Assembly (NCBI GenBank): GCA_012295275.1 | Contig: CM022669.1 | Coordinates: 15,872,001-15,936,000 of the forward strand | Length of the DNA stretch: 64,000 nucleotides | Direction of reading: 5' to 3' | Source: Chrysomallon squamiferum | Lineage: Eukaryota; Animalia; Mollusca | In this document: positions 41,768 through 57,657 of the stretch, in pieces | Layout: each line of letters begins with the position of its first letter | Numbering within the stretch: the stretch's first letter is position 1 | Position numbers and translations under genes: made by a program | The notes under the pieces: generated by a model | The model's database searches: none | Seen by the model: only the letters and a program-made list of their open reading frames with translations | What the model was told of the DNA's origin: nothing

Positions 41768-42963
41768 GACTGTAATTCCATATCATTTCTATCTCACTGC
41801 AATGTTCCGCTGACTGATACAACCTAAAATATGAAATGAGGAGCCAAGAAATGAATATTTGCTTGTTTTCACTCCGAACCGATCGCTTACATGATCTAAT
41901 ACATATAATAAAAATAAAACATTAAAATTCTAACGTGTCTGAGTCGGTTCCGTTTTTAAAATTATCAATAAGACCATGCCGAAATATCTGAGAGACGTAC
42001 CGTATATTCAGCAAATAGCTCTCCAGTCAGTACTGAGATACACTGAATAGCTGAATAGTTTTATCATCATAAATCTGACACGTGATCATAAATGATTAAC
42101 ATTAAACGACGGTTAAACTCCTCAGATGAATATTATAAACATTGACAGCTTTCACCTATTTACGATTGCCTTCAAATCTTTAATTTTGTTTCCAACTACT
42201 AAATAGATTGCATAATCGATATATCCCGAGAGAGATAACAAATGTCAAAATTTAGAAGACATCTGATGTTAAGACAAAGAAAGAAACGAAATACTTTACA
42301 TGTTAAGAAAATGTTTGAGGAAGAAAGAAAAGGTAAAAAAAAGAACTTTTATGAGGTCAAAATATAACAGATATTAATTTAAAGTAAGTGTTTTGTAACC
42401 TGTATAACAAAAAAGTTTGTTCCTTAGACAATGCAGCATTTCAAAAATATTTTCTAGACTTGAAGCTGCATTTGTCATGTACTTCAGAGACCTGCAGTTA
42501 GTGCCGGAAATAGATTTTAAGAGGTGCTTGTACCGTCAAACATTTCGTTTGAATCTAGAGTGGGAATGAAACATGAAAATATGGAAGCAGTCTTCTAAGT
42601 GTGAGCTTATAAAACGGTCTGCAGCGTTTTATCGATCCGTGCGAACAAGATTTGTGCGTTTTTCTTCCACCATGTTTTCAAAACTATATCGTTCGTCTGA
42701 TTAGTCCGATCAAATATTTTGTGTTCAAAAGTAATTTAATTATTTAAAAGTACGCACATTCTTCTCTGATAAATAGTTGTTCGTTTCCATTCAGACCCGG
42801 AAAGTTTAAACCGAGAACAGAGAAAAAAAAAAAATGATATTACAAATCACTTGAACAAAGGACCGAAAAATAACATATCCTTGATATTTCTGTATGTGTT
42901 TTGTTTCTTTGTCTTAGAAATTCTTTTGTTTGCGAAAGTAATTGAACTCAGAACAATAACTTC

Positions 42964-43019
<56 letters not shown>

Positions 43020-43989
43020 GACAATTTATTATTGCGTATGTATACAAAACTCTATAGACTTAATAGATAAACATCTTTCAGAAGTACATCTAGGGATAAT
43101 TCTGTCTGCCTCCTTATTTATGTAATATTCTAAAATGTGTTTCCTTTGTTTTTTTCTTTCTGTGTGGTTGTCTGAAATGTTTCTTTGTTGATGAAATAGT
43201 AATATGTTTGTCAAAAGAATGGCGAAGATGAATTCTAGGTATATCTGAGAAATATGAGAAGCAAAATAGTAAGAAAAGAAAGAAAGACTGTGATAGGACA
43301 CGCATGCACACAGGCACGTACGCACGCACACACATACATATACGAAAAGGAACGACCAAAAGAAAGAATCTAGACAACGCTTAATCTCTTTGTCACAGTT
43401 AGAATCATAATAATAATAATAATAATAACAACAACAACAATAAATATAAATAAATAAATAAGTAAAAAAAGAGTTTAAAAAATGTTGCTCTTTTGTATTG
43501 AACACATAATTATTTTGTATCATATGTTTCTGATATTATTGATCAAGTGTGCCTTTTCGTAAAACTCTGTTTGCATATCACTTTGTTCGATATCACTGCG
43601 GGTGTCGTTCTTTCACGTTATAGATCAGGTATCAGCCTTATTATTTTTTTCTTGCTGATTTATGTGGGAGCGAAATGAGGTGGTCATTTATACATACCCT
43701 GATACTATAATCGAATCCAGAACTCTTAAGGTTGATATTCTAACCAGAAAGTGTAAGTTTAAATAAAAAAAAAAAATCATTCAAAATCATTTTATGATCT
43801 ATATCCAGGCCAGTTCTCCACGATGTTATTATTGTTATTAGTATTAGTGATAGTGATAGCAGTGGTAATAGTAATAGTAATAGTAACAGAAGTAGTAGTT
43901 AGCAGTCGTCGTTAGTAATAGACGTGTTTGTAACAATATTAATATTAGTATTAGTAATTAATAATGGTAATGGAAGAGCAGTTGCGACC

Positions 43990-44243
43990 AGAGGTCTGGT
44001 TATGTTCGGTGCCAGTTCCTTGATTGTGTGCCCCAAAGACTCAAGTATAAGACCTAGTATTGACAAATAGTATGAGAAAAGAAGATATTTTGAATATATA
44101 AACATAGATGAAACATAAACACTTTATTCGATTTAAATATATACCAACCAAATATATTGAGATCTTTACTCTGATTGGATGCCCCCCATTTGGATGCCCG
44201 GGGCCACTGCCCCTTCGCCCCCCACCACTTCTGCACGTTACTG
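43990..44243. mobile_element. Degenerate hAT-like MITE remnant
   Basis: GC-rich right end with a repeated GGATGCCC, then GCCCCTTCGCCCCCCACC...TGCACGTTACTG, resembling CAGTGGCGTGCA-type MITE ends. The left TIR and TSD are not convincing. Confidence 0.45.
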
Positions 44244-44640
44244 AGGTAGTGCCAGCAGTTGTAGTGCCAGCAGTTGTAGTAGCAGCAGTAGTAGTAGCAA
44301 CAGCAGTAGTTTTAGTGGTGTTGTATATAGTTGTATTTTAATATAGTACTGGTCTAGTTGCATTCCCTTTTTAACCGCTAGTCCATGAAAATACTGTTAT
44401 GACTTCTTCATTCAAAAAACATCATTATACCAAAAAGCGATATGTTTGAACATCGATAACTCGTGTTTGATAAACGAAATAATTGTCTGTTCTTGTTTTA
44501 ATATCTATTAAAATTTTATAAACCAGAATCTGGTCACGTGGGTTGGCCACCAGCTAAATAAGTAATAAATTAATGTAACTTGCCCACATTACTTTACAAA
44601 TATTACGAGGGGAGTTAAACACATTAAAATATTGCGAGTT

Positions 44641-44704
44641 CGACATCATGTAAAAGATTTCTTCCTTTGAAATAACAAAGGAAGAAATCTTTTACATGAT
44701 GTCG
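44641..44704. repeat. Perfect 29-bp inverted repeat with 6-nt loop
   Basis: CGACATCATGTAAAAGATTTCTTCCTTTG-aaataa-CAAAGGAAGAAATCTTTTACATGATGTCG. Confidence 0.97.
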
Positions 44705-45128
44705 CATTATACCAATCTGATGTTTGAAATGACACCTGTTTAGATAATGGCTTCGATACATTTTTGTAAAAATTGAGTTTCATGCATTGAATGCCATGAT
44801 GACATCTAAGAAATTACAAAACCGTTGACAATAAAGTATCACTGAATTATTATTAATAATACATTTTCCTCATATTTTTGTTTTTCATTCTTTCCTTTAG
44901 ACTTTAAAATTTACATTCTCTTCTTTATATTATCAAGAAGGACTATACCCTTAGGTGAAAACATTGATATGTAAAATGGGCAAATCGAACTGCACGACTA
45001 GTGAGTTTGTACAGTTCCAATCTTGCCCCAAGTTGCAAATAAATGCAGTTAATAATGTGTATTTTATTGCGTCGGGTATCTATATTTTGACTGATAAAAA
45101 TGCATACGTACATATACATATATTTTAT

Positions 45129-45159
<31 letters not shown>

Positions 45160-46124
45160 CATACATATATATACACATACATACATAAATATACGTATAT
45201 ATATGTATACACACACATATATACACATACATACATATATATATAGATATACATACACACATATACATATACATATATATAAATATATTAGTCTTATAAT
45301 TCTGGGCTATAATTCAGACTACAGGTCATTTAAAGGTCACACGATCTGACAGATCAAAACGTTACGAGCCTCTGACATTCTAAGAATTCAGTAATGGCAA
45401 CAGGAGTTTCAGTCCACTTTTCTAAATATTTCAATTTACAAAATAAATTGAAAAACATGAAGATAATTTGCAAAATCTGTTTTGCCATGTTTTGCATACT
45501 AAATACTTACATTTGAGTAATAAAACAGATACCACAGACACACCAGTATACATATACAGAAATGATAGTTTTAACATGCTTAATTTTCTCTGTACTAATA
45601 AACTGTCTTAGATGAACCAAAAATCCATTGTTGATAATACACTCACAAACATAATTTAATATTCAGTTACGCTGTCTACGTTATATATAAATAAATACAT
45701 CGTAAAAAATGTGAATAAAAAAAACAAAAAAAACAAACATAACTGAAATGTCAGACCTTTTAGCAACTTGACCTGTAAGGAATGTTAAAAAGAAAACCTT
45801 TATTGAAATTGGTTTTTGCTGAAAAACAGAAATTTTTGTTTTTAATATAAATTTAAATGACAAAAAATACTGAACACTAACCATCGTATTAAAACACGGA
45901 GATAAAAATGCACTGTTAAAAAAGATTTGTCCAATGACAGTAAACGTAACTTAATATTAAAATTCATTAGTGAAATAAAATGATTAATTGATTTTGTATA
46001 TACAGTTCTTTTTTTTATGTTTTATTTTATTTTCTTTTTTTGTTCTTCTAAATTGTTATGATGTTCTTTTTAGTGATTTTATTTCATTTACTCTTTATCT
46101 CATAAGGTCATTTTAATTTTTTTG

Positions 46125-46159
<35 letters not shown>

Positions 46160-46201
46160 TTTGTCCGTCTATCTATATCTCTATCTATCTATTTATCTAT
46201 A

Positions 46202-46258
<57 letters not shown>

Positions 46259-46450
46259 GTCTGCCTGTCAATCTATGTATTTGTCTGTCTGTCTGTCTGT
46301 CTAGCTATTAAAATATTAATGCAAAAACAAAATATATGTATATATATATAAGTTTTAGCAGTTTCAATATCAGTAGTAGTTGTAATACGACTAACAGTTT
46401 TGAGTAGTAGCAGTGGTTATAGCGGTAACAGTAGCATAGAATTTTCTTCT

Positions 46451-46484
<34 letters not shown>

Positions 46485-47102
46485 CTTTTTCTGAAAATTA
46501 TTGTTTCCAGTGCCGAAAGTGAAGCAAGATAATTCCTAATTTATAAGATTGAAAAACCACTTTGTCGTCAGTTTTAAAATAAATCTTAAAATTATTCCAA
46601 ACCGTCTTTAACGGCACTTAATTTCACCTCCCGAATGCTATAATGTAGACACTGGCGTTATCGAAATCTTAAAACGTAGACAGTTAAAACTCTTTTCAAG
46701 TCTGGCACGATTACTATTTACTGTCATTATCACAGTTGAATGCTTTAGACTTCTCTCCTGTTTATCCTTCCTAATCGTCTGATCTTCTCTTAGCAGACAT
46801 TAATGAAATTTTTGGTTATTTAAGAGGAAAGCAAATACCATTTCCCACATAAAGACGAGCACATTTTAGCCCTGTTATGTATTTATTAGTTTCGTTATTT
46901 TCCTTCCCTTACGTTTCATGTTGAATCTTCTACGTCTTCTTCTTTTTTTTTTTTCTCCTTTTAGCATTGCCAAGAGTAATAATAAGGAGACGCACACAAA
47001 TATGTACGTATGGATGTACACACAGAACTAACTTAGTATATCCGGAGTTAACGTTCAGTTTATTTGTTTGCCGCAATAAATATTAGTTTCCTTCATTTAT
47101 AT

Positions 47103-47133
<31 letters not shown>

Positions 47134-49079
47134 TTTCGCTGGTTAGTTAGTTAGTAGCTTTGTTTGTTAGTTTGTTAGTTGGTTAGAATTTTCTTTATTA
47201 TTTCAATTAAAAGAAAAAAAAAAAAAAAAAAAAAAGAAACCCATAAAAAGTCAGCAGTCGCAATTAACTTGTTCCACGTACAAGCCCCAGTGACAAAAGC
47301 TGTATATAATGAGCAGATAATGGATACTACATTGATGATAAAAGGAAACTCCTGACTGATTTCACGAAGGTTGCCTCCAGTATTATACTTCAACTCTTTA
47401 AGAACAAAGTAATGCAGAGGAATAATTTTTTGCATGTTGTGAAACACAGGTTTGAACTGTATGTTTACCTATGTATGTATGCACTTGTATACGCTATCAC
47501 GCACTATTTACTTTAGTGCAAAACACTGAATGCATAGTCGCTGACAAGATGACACGTTATAAACTCTCACTATTTCAAGACTCGTGGAATCAGATGCTCA
47601 TCATTTCAAAATAAAATGCAAGAGATACACGAAACTCTCAGGAAGGAAAATAAAAATAAAAATCAGAAGACAGAAAACAAAAAAATAAGAATAAAAAAGT
47701 AATTTATAAATATTACAGAAGAAAACCACAATCTAACCATTTAAGTCGCACCAGTAAAATACTGAATAATTATTATTAATTTTAAACATAATTTCAAACG
47801 AAAAGGCATTCAGTGTTCATTCAGGTTACGTACATAACTAATGTAATCAGCTCACATGTATTTTATATAATTTGTGCTCAAAACATTATTAATATTATTC
47901 TTGGCTTCGGTGATATAAAAATTAAGACACAGTAGCTTGTTTTCTCAAGAGTTGACTTCGTTAATCCTCTCGTCTATAGGTCAGCCTGTTTATATTTAGC
48001 ATGTCACTGTATAATCATTAACTGTGGAAACAGGGACATATAATAAGACTCCTATTCCATTAATAGAACCTTTCTGTCCTTTCTGAAAGGATGTTTTGAA
48101 AATGAACAACACTTTTTATTATCTTGACCTATACTGGATATATATTTTTTTTAATTATGATCTTTTTTATTAATATTATAAAATTTTATGTCCGAAAGAA
48201 TTATTAATTTTAACGATGAATGACAAAGACAACTTTTAATAGCATATATTTTATTTACTGTAATTCAAAGACGGAAGAAATTTCTTGTTTAAGGTTATGC
48301 TCAGTTCTGATTACCTATATATTTATTTTTTATATTTAGTATTATTATTATCAAGACTACTTTTTTTTTTTTTTTAAATTATTTTATTATGAAATTTTAA
48401 TTCATTTTGGTCTTACAATTACTGTCTTAGTTACAGATATAATTATTTATTATCTTTTTTTTTAAATTTCATTCATCTACTAATATGTTTTATCTAATAT
48501 GGCTAATTAGGTTACATGACAATGTCATATTTATGTAAATAATGTGTTACGTCATACTTTATTGTCATGTGACACTATAACTGATTGATTGATAAACCAT
48601 ATCTGCATTGCGTAAGACGATAACAGCTGTTTTTCTCTGACTGGTAAAACTTCTGATTTCAAGCTGCTTGTTCGATCGTGGCAGAAATGGTCGATCTCTT
48701 AAACCTCGGTTCAGTTTAAGTTCAAAGATGCCTTCAACTTTCCAAAGAACAAAATGTCACAGGTGCCCTTACCGATAACACGCAATTAATGTCAAGTTTC
48801 ATGATGCCAAATGCAGGCACCAGAAGTAATGAAATTGTGAAGCATCCTGATGGAACTGTCGTCATCCATAAAGCTACGTTTCCTGGTTTGTGTTTAAAAG
48901 GGGACATATCGCATGTTTCGATCGCAGTAAATATAACTATCCAATTGCAGTGATCATTCAATCTCTTGTGTTTTTCTTCTCTTTCTGACTCTGGTTCTGC
49001 TTCTACTGTTATTACTACTAGTAAAGTTCTTGTTACTATTTCTATTATTATAACTGTTGTTGATACCACAACAACTACA

Positions 49080-49117
<38 letters not shown>

Positions 49118-49355
49118 ACTTACTAACAACTACTACTACTACTACTACTACTACTACAATTACACTTACTGCTACTACAGCAAATATTGCTAAATAATAA
49201 TAATAATAATAATAATAATTATTATTATTATTATTATTATTGTTGTTGTTGTTGTTGTTGTCATTGTTGTTTTTTTTTATTGTTGTTAAATTGTTACCTC
49301 TACTATTACGAGAAAAAGAACAATAAAACAAAACGTTCAAAAATAAGTAAATAAT

Positions 49356-49394
<39 letters not shown>

Positions 49395-50952
49395 TTTATA
49401 AACATATATATATAAGAAAATATATTTGAATTTATAAACATAGCCCCAACCCAACAACCATGATGAATATTACTACGACTTCTGTTACAACCATAAACCA
49501 CACTACTACTGCTATTACTACTACTACTACTGTAATAATACTATTTGCTGATGTGTTCCTACTCCTTCTACTTATTTCAAACATATTTTTTCTCTTTCCA
49601 ACTTTTACTACTTCTTTTTTTCAAAATAATACTTTTTGTTTTAAAAGATGTGTTCCTTTTTCCTTTCTCTTATTTCAACGCATCATTATTTTCTTCTCTT
49701 TCTTTCTTTTCTTTCTGTCTTTCTTTTTCAAAATTATGTTTTTGTTTTAAAAGTATCTGCAAACTCACATGAATATCTCTGATTCGAACATCAACAAACA
49801 TGGAGAAATATACCTATTCATTGATAAAATTATAAATAACTACGTATACTAAAAATAGTTACTTTTTGTACATCACCAATATCTCAAATTAAAAAAAAGT
49901 CTAATTATAAGACTGTGATTTATGAATCACATTTAAAGAGAAATGTATTTACAAAATTGTGTAATGAAACGTTATATGACAGTCAAATTTAATCAAATGG
50001 AACACTACAACTTAGTCGAAAACTGTACAATTTAGTGTTAAGTTACTGTATAATTTACACGAATATAAATATAGAAGTAACAAAAGACTGACCATTCATT
50101 GTTTTCTAAATTAAATATAGTTATGTGTTTATTATCATCATCATCAACATTAATATTATTATTATTGTTTTTGTGGTTAGTAGAATAGTAGTAGTAGTAA
50201 CAGCACAAGCAGTATTAATTATCGTTTTCGTCTTTATTTTCTAAAATTATTTTTGGACCTTTGAATTTTAAGTCACCGTATATCACTGACATTGACTACA
50301 TTCACGTTTCTCAGTTTTATTTGCTGTCAGGTAATACAACGTGTTACGGGGGGGGGAAGCAAATCCATGGCCATTGAAATAATTTCGTGGTCTGCTGGAC
50401 AACGAAAGAAAAAGGAAATCCATAATAACTGATGACGGCGAAAGATAAAAATGCCAAGCACAGACAGAGAAAACAAAATATGAAAAAGATAATTTTTCTT
50501 TCAAAGCAACTGAATTGAAAGTGATATTACTGACTGAATCGTTAAATGTTGTTTTCCTCTGCTTCTTTTCTGAAATGTAATAGAAGCAGAAGTGTATCTG
50601 TTCAAAAAATATATGTTTTGTAGCTTTTTTGCAGCTGAAAATATCCGAGATCGATACAAAAACAGATTTTATCAGCCGCGCCTAGTAATCAATAATCTGT
50701 AACACATTGATCTTGTCAAATGTACATGGACGATGATCATATTGATGATAATGTTGACGGTGACAACAATAATAATAATAATACAGAATGATACGGCAGA
50801 AATAGTAGAGTACTATCATAAAGTAAATAATAAAAGTAGTGTTAATACTAATTGTAGGACTAGATGCACTGTTAATATTAGTGCAGTAGAATTATTACTA
50901 GTGGTAGTAATAATAGTAAAAATAATACAAATAAAGGTAGCAATAATGGTAA

Positions 50953-51005
<53 letters not shown>

Positions 51006-51413
51006 ATAGTAGTAGTAGTAGTAGTAGTAGTAATGGTGATATGGTACGGTAGTACTGGTGATAGTAGTAGTAGTAACAGTATTAGTAATAGTAATAGTAG
51101 TGGTACTAGTGGTAGTAGGAGTGGTAGAAATGGCTGAGCAGCATGTAATAATTATAGTTATATGTATAATAACAATAAATGCCATCTGCTATTGTTTCTG
51201 ATGGTTTTGACGATTCTGTGACAATATCAATGATGAAAAATAAAAGAGTCACTTGAAATATTAATCGTTTGAACCTTTACAGAAGAACATTTCAATAATA
51301 TAGTTTTGTATTGAACAACACAAGACAAAGCCAAAGGATGATAGCATAACAAACAAACAAACAAACAAACAAACAAAAAAATAAAAAATAAAAAAATAAT
51401 AGTAGTAGTAGTA

Positions 51414-51451
<38 letters not shown>

Positions 51452-52025
51452 AATAATACTAATAATAATACTACTAATAATAATAACTAAAAAATCATGA
51501 TAACAAAGAAAAAGAAGAAAAGAAAAAAGATTTTCTGAAGCTGTCAGCTTTCTCGATATAAATTTGCTTTATTACCAGAAAGTCTACAACAAAACAAACA
51601 ATGCCTTTGATTAAATAAACACATCAAAACTGTTCCCGATCATTTCTTCTAAAAAAAAAAAACACACACACACACCACAACTTTGGGTTTATTTTGAATT
51701 TAAATTACAGTATGTCAAGCAACTGAGATATCAATGGATATTTTATATTTTCGTTGAAACAAAATGGGAGAAGCCAGAAAAGAAAAGATTAGAAAAAAAA
51801 AATTGCCTTTGTTGTTTGGAAGATAATGACACATGACATCCGGATGTAGAGTCGATGGCTGATTTTAACAGTGCAAATGAGGCTAATTCTTTAAAACTCT
51901 AGAAATGTTAACATTTTTTTAGAACATGGAGTGAACCCAGTGATCTGGTTATATAGCATCTGACTAAAATAATTACTGTCAAGTACATTGAATACAATAC
52001 TCGTACGTTCATACTCATAAAAATC

Positions 52026-52271
52026 CATACATACAAGCATACATGCATACATGCATACATACATACATACATGCATGCATATATAAATACATACATACTT
52101 ACTTACATACATACATACATGCATACATACATACATACATACATGCATATATAAATACATACATACTTACTTACATACATACATGCATACATACATGCAT
52201 ACATACATACATACATATATGCATATATAAATACATACATACTTACTTACATACATACATACATACATACA

Positions 52272-52310
<39 letters not shown>
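52026..52310. repeat. Higher-order (ATAC)n minisatellite, three units of about 68-76 bp, ending in (CA)n
   Basis: The motif GCATATATAAATACATACATACTTACTTACATAC recurs three times. Confidence 0.9.
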
Positions 52311-52313
<3 letters not shown>

Positions 52314-53760
52314 AATACATACGTCGTTGACCTTCGGAGTGCGGGCGAGTGGGTGCCATACGTTCAGGATTGTTGAGGTCGTGATTGGACTTAGTCTTCC
52401 AGAGCCAGTGCGTTCTCGCATATTTGTCTATGTGCAGAGTCTAATCAAATGCACATATGACAGAGGATATTCAAAATTCTAAACAACATACATACATATA
52501 TATACACCTACATACACACATAAATAGAACCACTACATGCACATATGTAAATGCATACATTCATTCAACACATCATTTTATGTTGACCATATAGACCTAA
52601 CAGTCTTCTCAGATATTGCGTGTCAGAAGCTTGATGTCGAAACCTCTTTGTATTAAAAGATTAAAGAGGGAACCGGCTAAAAATGGAGGTTGTCTTTCCC
52701 ACAGTTAAACATAATTTACTCCGAAGGAGGATAAAAGTAATGCTGATAAATATAGAGCCTAAAATTCTATTTACAGTAAAATGTATACTGAAGGTAAAGG
52801 ATTTGTCTAGTTTGTCATGTTAATGGGATCTGTACACGTCAGTTGACACACATTAATATCAACCCGTCGAGTCTAATGGTTTCAACGTAATGAAAGCAAG
52901 ACCTTTTCTCTTTCTCTCTCTTTCTCTTTCTATGTTTGTATTTTTCAGTCTTTCTTTCTTTATCTGTCTTTAAATCTATATTACTATTTACCCATTTATC
53001 TATCAATGTGTCTGTCTATCTGCCTGTCTCTGTCTGTTTGTATGTCCATCTATCTATATATCCATCTCTCTATCTTTCTATCTATCTGTCTATCTATCAA
53101 TATATCTGTCCATCCATCTGTGTATCTATTTTCATACCTATCTATCTCTATGTCTGTCTCTCTGTCTTGCTTTCTTCTATATCCCTATTTTCTACTTTAT
53201 ATCAGAACAACCATTCTCAGTCACGGCAAACATTCATCTCTGAATATGTCTTCCTCTTTCATTTTTGTCTCTTAACCAATGTGGTATTTATTCTACTTTT
53301 ATAATCCCTTTGTTATTCTAAACTGAACGTTTCCTTGACCTATCAATATATTTACTTCATTTCCAAACATAATGACTAAAATATGTCTCCATTATTTTTG
53401 CCAAGGTCAAGTTTTGTCGTTATACTTATAAGGAAAACCATATCACACGAGTAAAAAGAGAATATAATGACTCGCACCTTCATTATTGTTCGAATCAATA
53501 TTAGGTAAGTCCGTAACTTCATGTGTTGAACGTGACGTTTTGTATTTCAAAGATAATATCCCCTTTTCTACATGGAAATACGGCAGTCTATTTTGTAAGG
53601 TTGATTATTATAATTAAAAGTAATGGCTTTAAGGACAATTAAATTGTCTTTTCAAACAGAATCAATGACGAAGACATGACAGGTAACACACTAGAAAATA
53701 ATAATAATATTTCTCCTGATAATGATGATGACGATGACGATGATGATGATGATGATGATG

Positions 53761-53797
<37 letters not shown>

Positions 53798-54918
53798 TAA
53801 CAATAACAGCAATAGTGTTACTGGCGATGACGATGATGATAACACCGATAATAACTGAATAGACAGTGTAGAAGAAGAAAGAAACAAGAGGAAAAGAATA
53901 AAAGGAAGAACAAAAGAAGGAAAAAATATGAGAATAACATGAAGGTTATTAAGGATTATTGAAAATAATATTGATTTGGAAACGGTGTTTTTGCACTCAA
54001 GTTTTTGTCAACACGTCAAAGGAGAGATAAAAAAAAGATTTAAAAAACAATGAATGAAAAATAACAAAACATAAGGACACTACAAAACTATATATTATTA
54101 TTATTATTATTATTATTATTTTTTTTTTTTTTTTTTATTAGTGTAAGCATTTCATCACGTACAACTTAATTATATTACACAGGAGGAAACGAGCAAATTG
54201 CCTCACTTAACAACATGTAATTGTTCTGTAAACGAAAATCGAAAAACCATTGACCGTCAAGAGAGTGTTTGCACACGAGATCCGAGAGAAACGGGTATTG
54301 GAACACGTCTCTTCTGTTTTTTAACCCCTTTTCTCTGTAATTCTTTATTGATGTGGATCAAGGATTTTTCATGTCGTCTGCTTGACCGAGAAACTGGAAC
54401 TCGGAGACGATGAGAGGTAGTCTGTCACCAAGAATCATTCCCACTTTTCTTCTCTTCTTTTTTTTTTTTTAATTTCAAAGAGACATAAATCAATTATAAG
54501 ATTTCCAGCATCTTGCATTCTTGCTAATTTTTTTTTTTTTTTTTTTTTTTTTTTCATCTGCAGATTTATTCATCTGTTAATACGTATAAGTGCGGGGGTA
54601 AAAATAGAAAAAAGTGAAGAAAAAAAAAAAAAAAAAAAAAAAAAAAAGAAATTGACGTCCAGATCAAATACGAAGAACTAATAGGGCTGTTAATATGGAA
54701 ATTGGTGCAATTTTCTCAAAGGCGGTGCATTCAATTTTGTGTTGAATATGAGACAAAGATGCATCTCATGACCGGAAATTGCGCAGAGGAATGTGTTTAT
54801 CGTTAATATTCAACGTGCTTAAGAAATATCCACAAATACGTGACTACTGATTTATTATTATGTCTGACACAGCGTCAGAGATAGGTTAGAATGCGACTGT
54901 ATTTACCTTTATGGAATG

Positions 54919-55033
<115 letters not shown>

Positions 55034-57542
55034 AGTACGTGTATGAGACAGAGATATCTCAGCATAGTTTGATATTAGCGATATTAAAGGTGATATGCGG
55101 CTAATCTTACTAGTAACAAAATCAAACTGTTTCTCATAAATTATCCCGCTGTTAAGAAAACATGCTCCTTTGATAATCAGTCGTGGAACATTCTCAGAAA
55201 CTGAAGAGAACTGAACGAAGGAAGGAAAAACAATGTTCGTGAGAAAGAAGAGAGAGAGAAAGAAAAAACAAAAAGTAATTAATGAGAGACAGAAATAGAA
55301 TCTGAGAATTCTTATATGTCTGTACTTTTAAAGAGTATTATGTACTTTTACGATCTCTATTAAAGAGGACATTTAAATGATTCCAGCAAATTGTTAAAAC
55401 AAATACTAATGCGTATATAGTTAACAATACGATTGAGACGTAAAGAGCCTTAATTAGAACGTAAATTCGATATGTCCACAAGTTTAGTGGTAAACAGTTG
55501 CTCTTCTTGTTTTCATTAATCATATCTGCGTTTTCCTTTTATTTATTTATTTATTTATTATTATTATTGTTATTGTTATTGTTATTATTATTATTATATT
55601 GTTGTTGTTATTGTTTATTTAGTGGGCACATGGGTATGGGTGTTGTTGCCTTTTTTCTTGCTGTCTTTCATAAAATAAGTAAATAAAAAAAAATAAAAAA
55701 GATCCACTTTACAAAGAAGAAATTTAAAAAAAAAAAAAGAAAGCAAACAAACAAATAAAACAATAAATAAAATGCAATATTGTCGTTTAACTGTTGAAAC
55801 AATCTCAGCTTTGTACGAAAAAACCCAACGTTGTCTCAAAACAATGTCAAAACTCTTCAGGCTATTTTCTTTCTATTTCAGTAGAGCATGGTATAATGGA
55901 GTCGATCTCACGTTCTGGAAAAGCTACCACAGTACAGAAGTTAGGATAATGTAACAGACACCGTTATTTCAGTTGTTAATCATCAAAGACGTACGTAATT
56001 TTAGTTTCAGCCCCACCCATCCGAAACATTTAAAAAAAATGGCTATTAGCGTAAACTGGATGCAATACGATAAGGTTATTATTATTATTATATGTTAATG
56101 TATTTATTTATCTAACTGTCTCTATTTATCTAACTGTCTATCTATCTATCTGTCTGTTTGTCCGTCTTTATATCTATGTATCTGTCTGTCTCTCTGTCTT
56201 TCTCTCTGTTTGTATAGTTTTCTATTATTTTGTTGTCTCTGCTTCATCTTTCTTCTTCTCTTGCTGCTGTTTATCCTAGTTATCCCTTTCTCCTTTTGTC
56301 TCAGTTGCTTTAATATTTTCTATTCTTTAGTTTTTTCTCTCTTTATTATAATTTCTTTTTCATTTTCTCTCTCGTTTAGTTATTATTATTATTATTATTA
56401 TTATTTCTTTATTTCTTCTTTTTTTTTCATTTAAGGAAGATTTTTGTTAAGACGTTTTAATATTTTACCCGAGATATGCATGATTTTCCAAAGACATTGC
56501 TCAGAAAATGCATTTAGCATCGTTTTCACGTCTTACTTCCGTTGTTTTCCTTCTGCTTCTATTTCTGTTTTTTGATTATTAAGCACAGATCCTTTAACAA
56601 AGTTATTGATAAGCCAGTGGAAAGTCAAGTGCCCGAGATTTGTAATCGTGCTAACGGCCTCGAAGAAGAGGAACCTTTATATAATTGAAACTTACGAACC
56701 ACTGGTCCTGTAGACGTTATACGAAGTCCTTAAACTGATAAAAGACACGTTTAAAGAAGAAAAAACATTAACGAGTTAGGGATTCCTGAAAATATTCGTT
56801 AAATAAAATAACTTATTAAATAATATTGCGAAGTATTTCAGTTCTCTCTGAAACAAACACGTCATTCCTCTGTTTGTATTGCATTGCCTTCAGCCTCAAT
56901 TTACGGTCAGAGAGTCGAAGAAATCAGGCACCAAGCGGTGTTAATACCGGTTTTATTCAGTCAACAGCTTAGAGTTAGATTTTCAGTGAAATTCATTACT
57001 GAATGCTCCTTTCTGTTTGCCTGTATCAGATGTTGTCATAACTATGACTGTCACTTTTGAAGTACAGCTTAAGGTACAATATATCAAATTACTTTTTCTC
57101 GTGACCTCATATTTACCTTTTTCCAAATGCTAGTTGCCAAGATCAATACTACGGCTAAGAGGGTGAAACAATCATTAGCATTGTTAGTGTTACTTTTATG
57201 ATGTGATATATCCTTCTGCTGCTATTTTGATTTCCTTTTGTTTCTGTCAACAAAAAATATAAAAGTTCAGATACAGAAACATAAACATATTAAAAAAAAA
57301 TAAAGACAAACGATTTTCAAGAAAACACCTGTATATAGGCCTGTGTCTGTAGATAGGTAGGTTGGCTGGTAGGAAAGTACATACGTATCTAACAATCTTT
57401 ACATGTATATTTTGTAATGATGACAGTAGCGTTAACACAGTAGCAGTCAGTGAAATGTCAGTCTATTCATCATAAAGCCTGTGTTAAAGTATATTAATGA
57501 GACGGAATATAGAGATAGATAGATACATACATACATACATAC

Positions 57543-57657
<115 letters not shown>

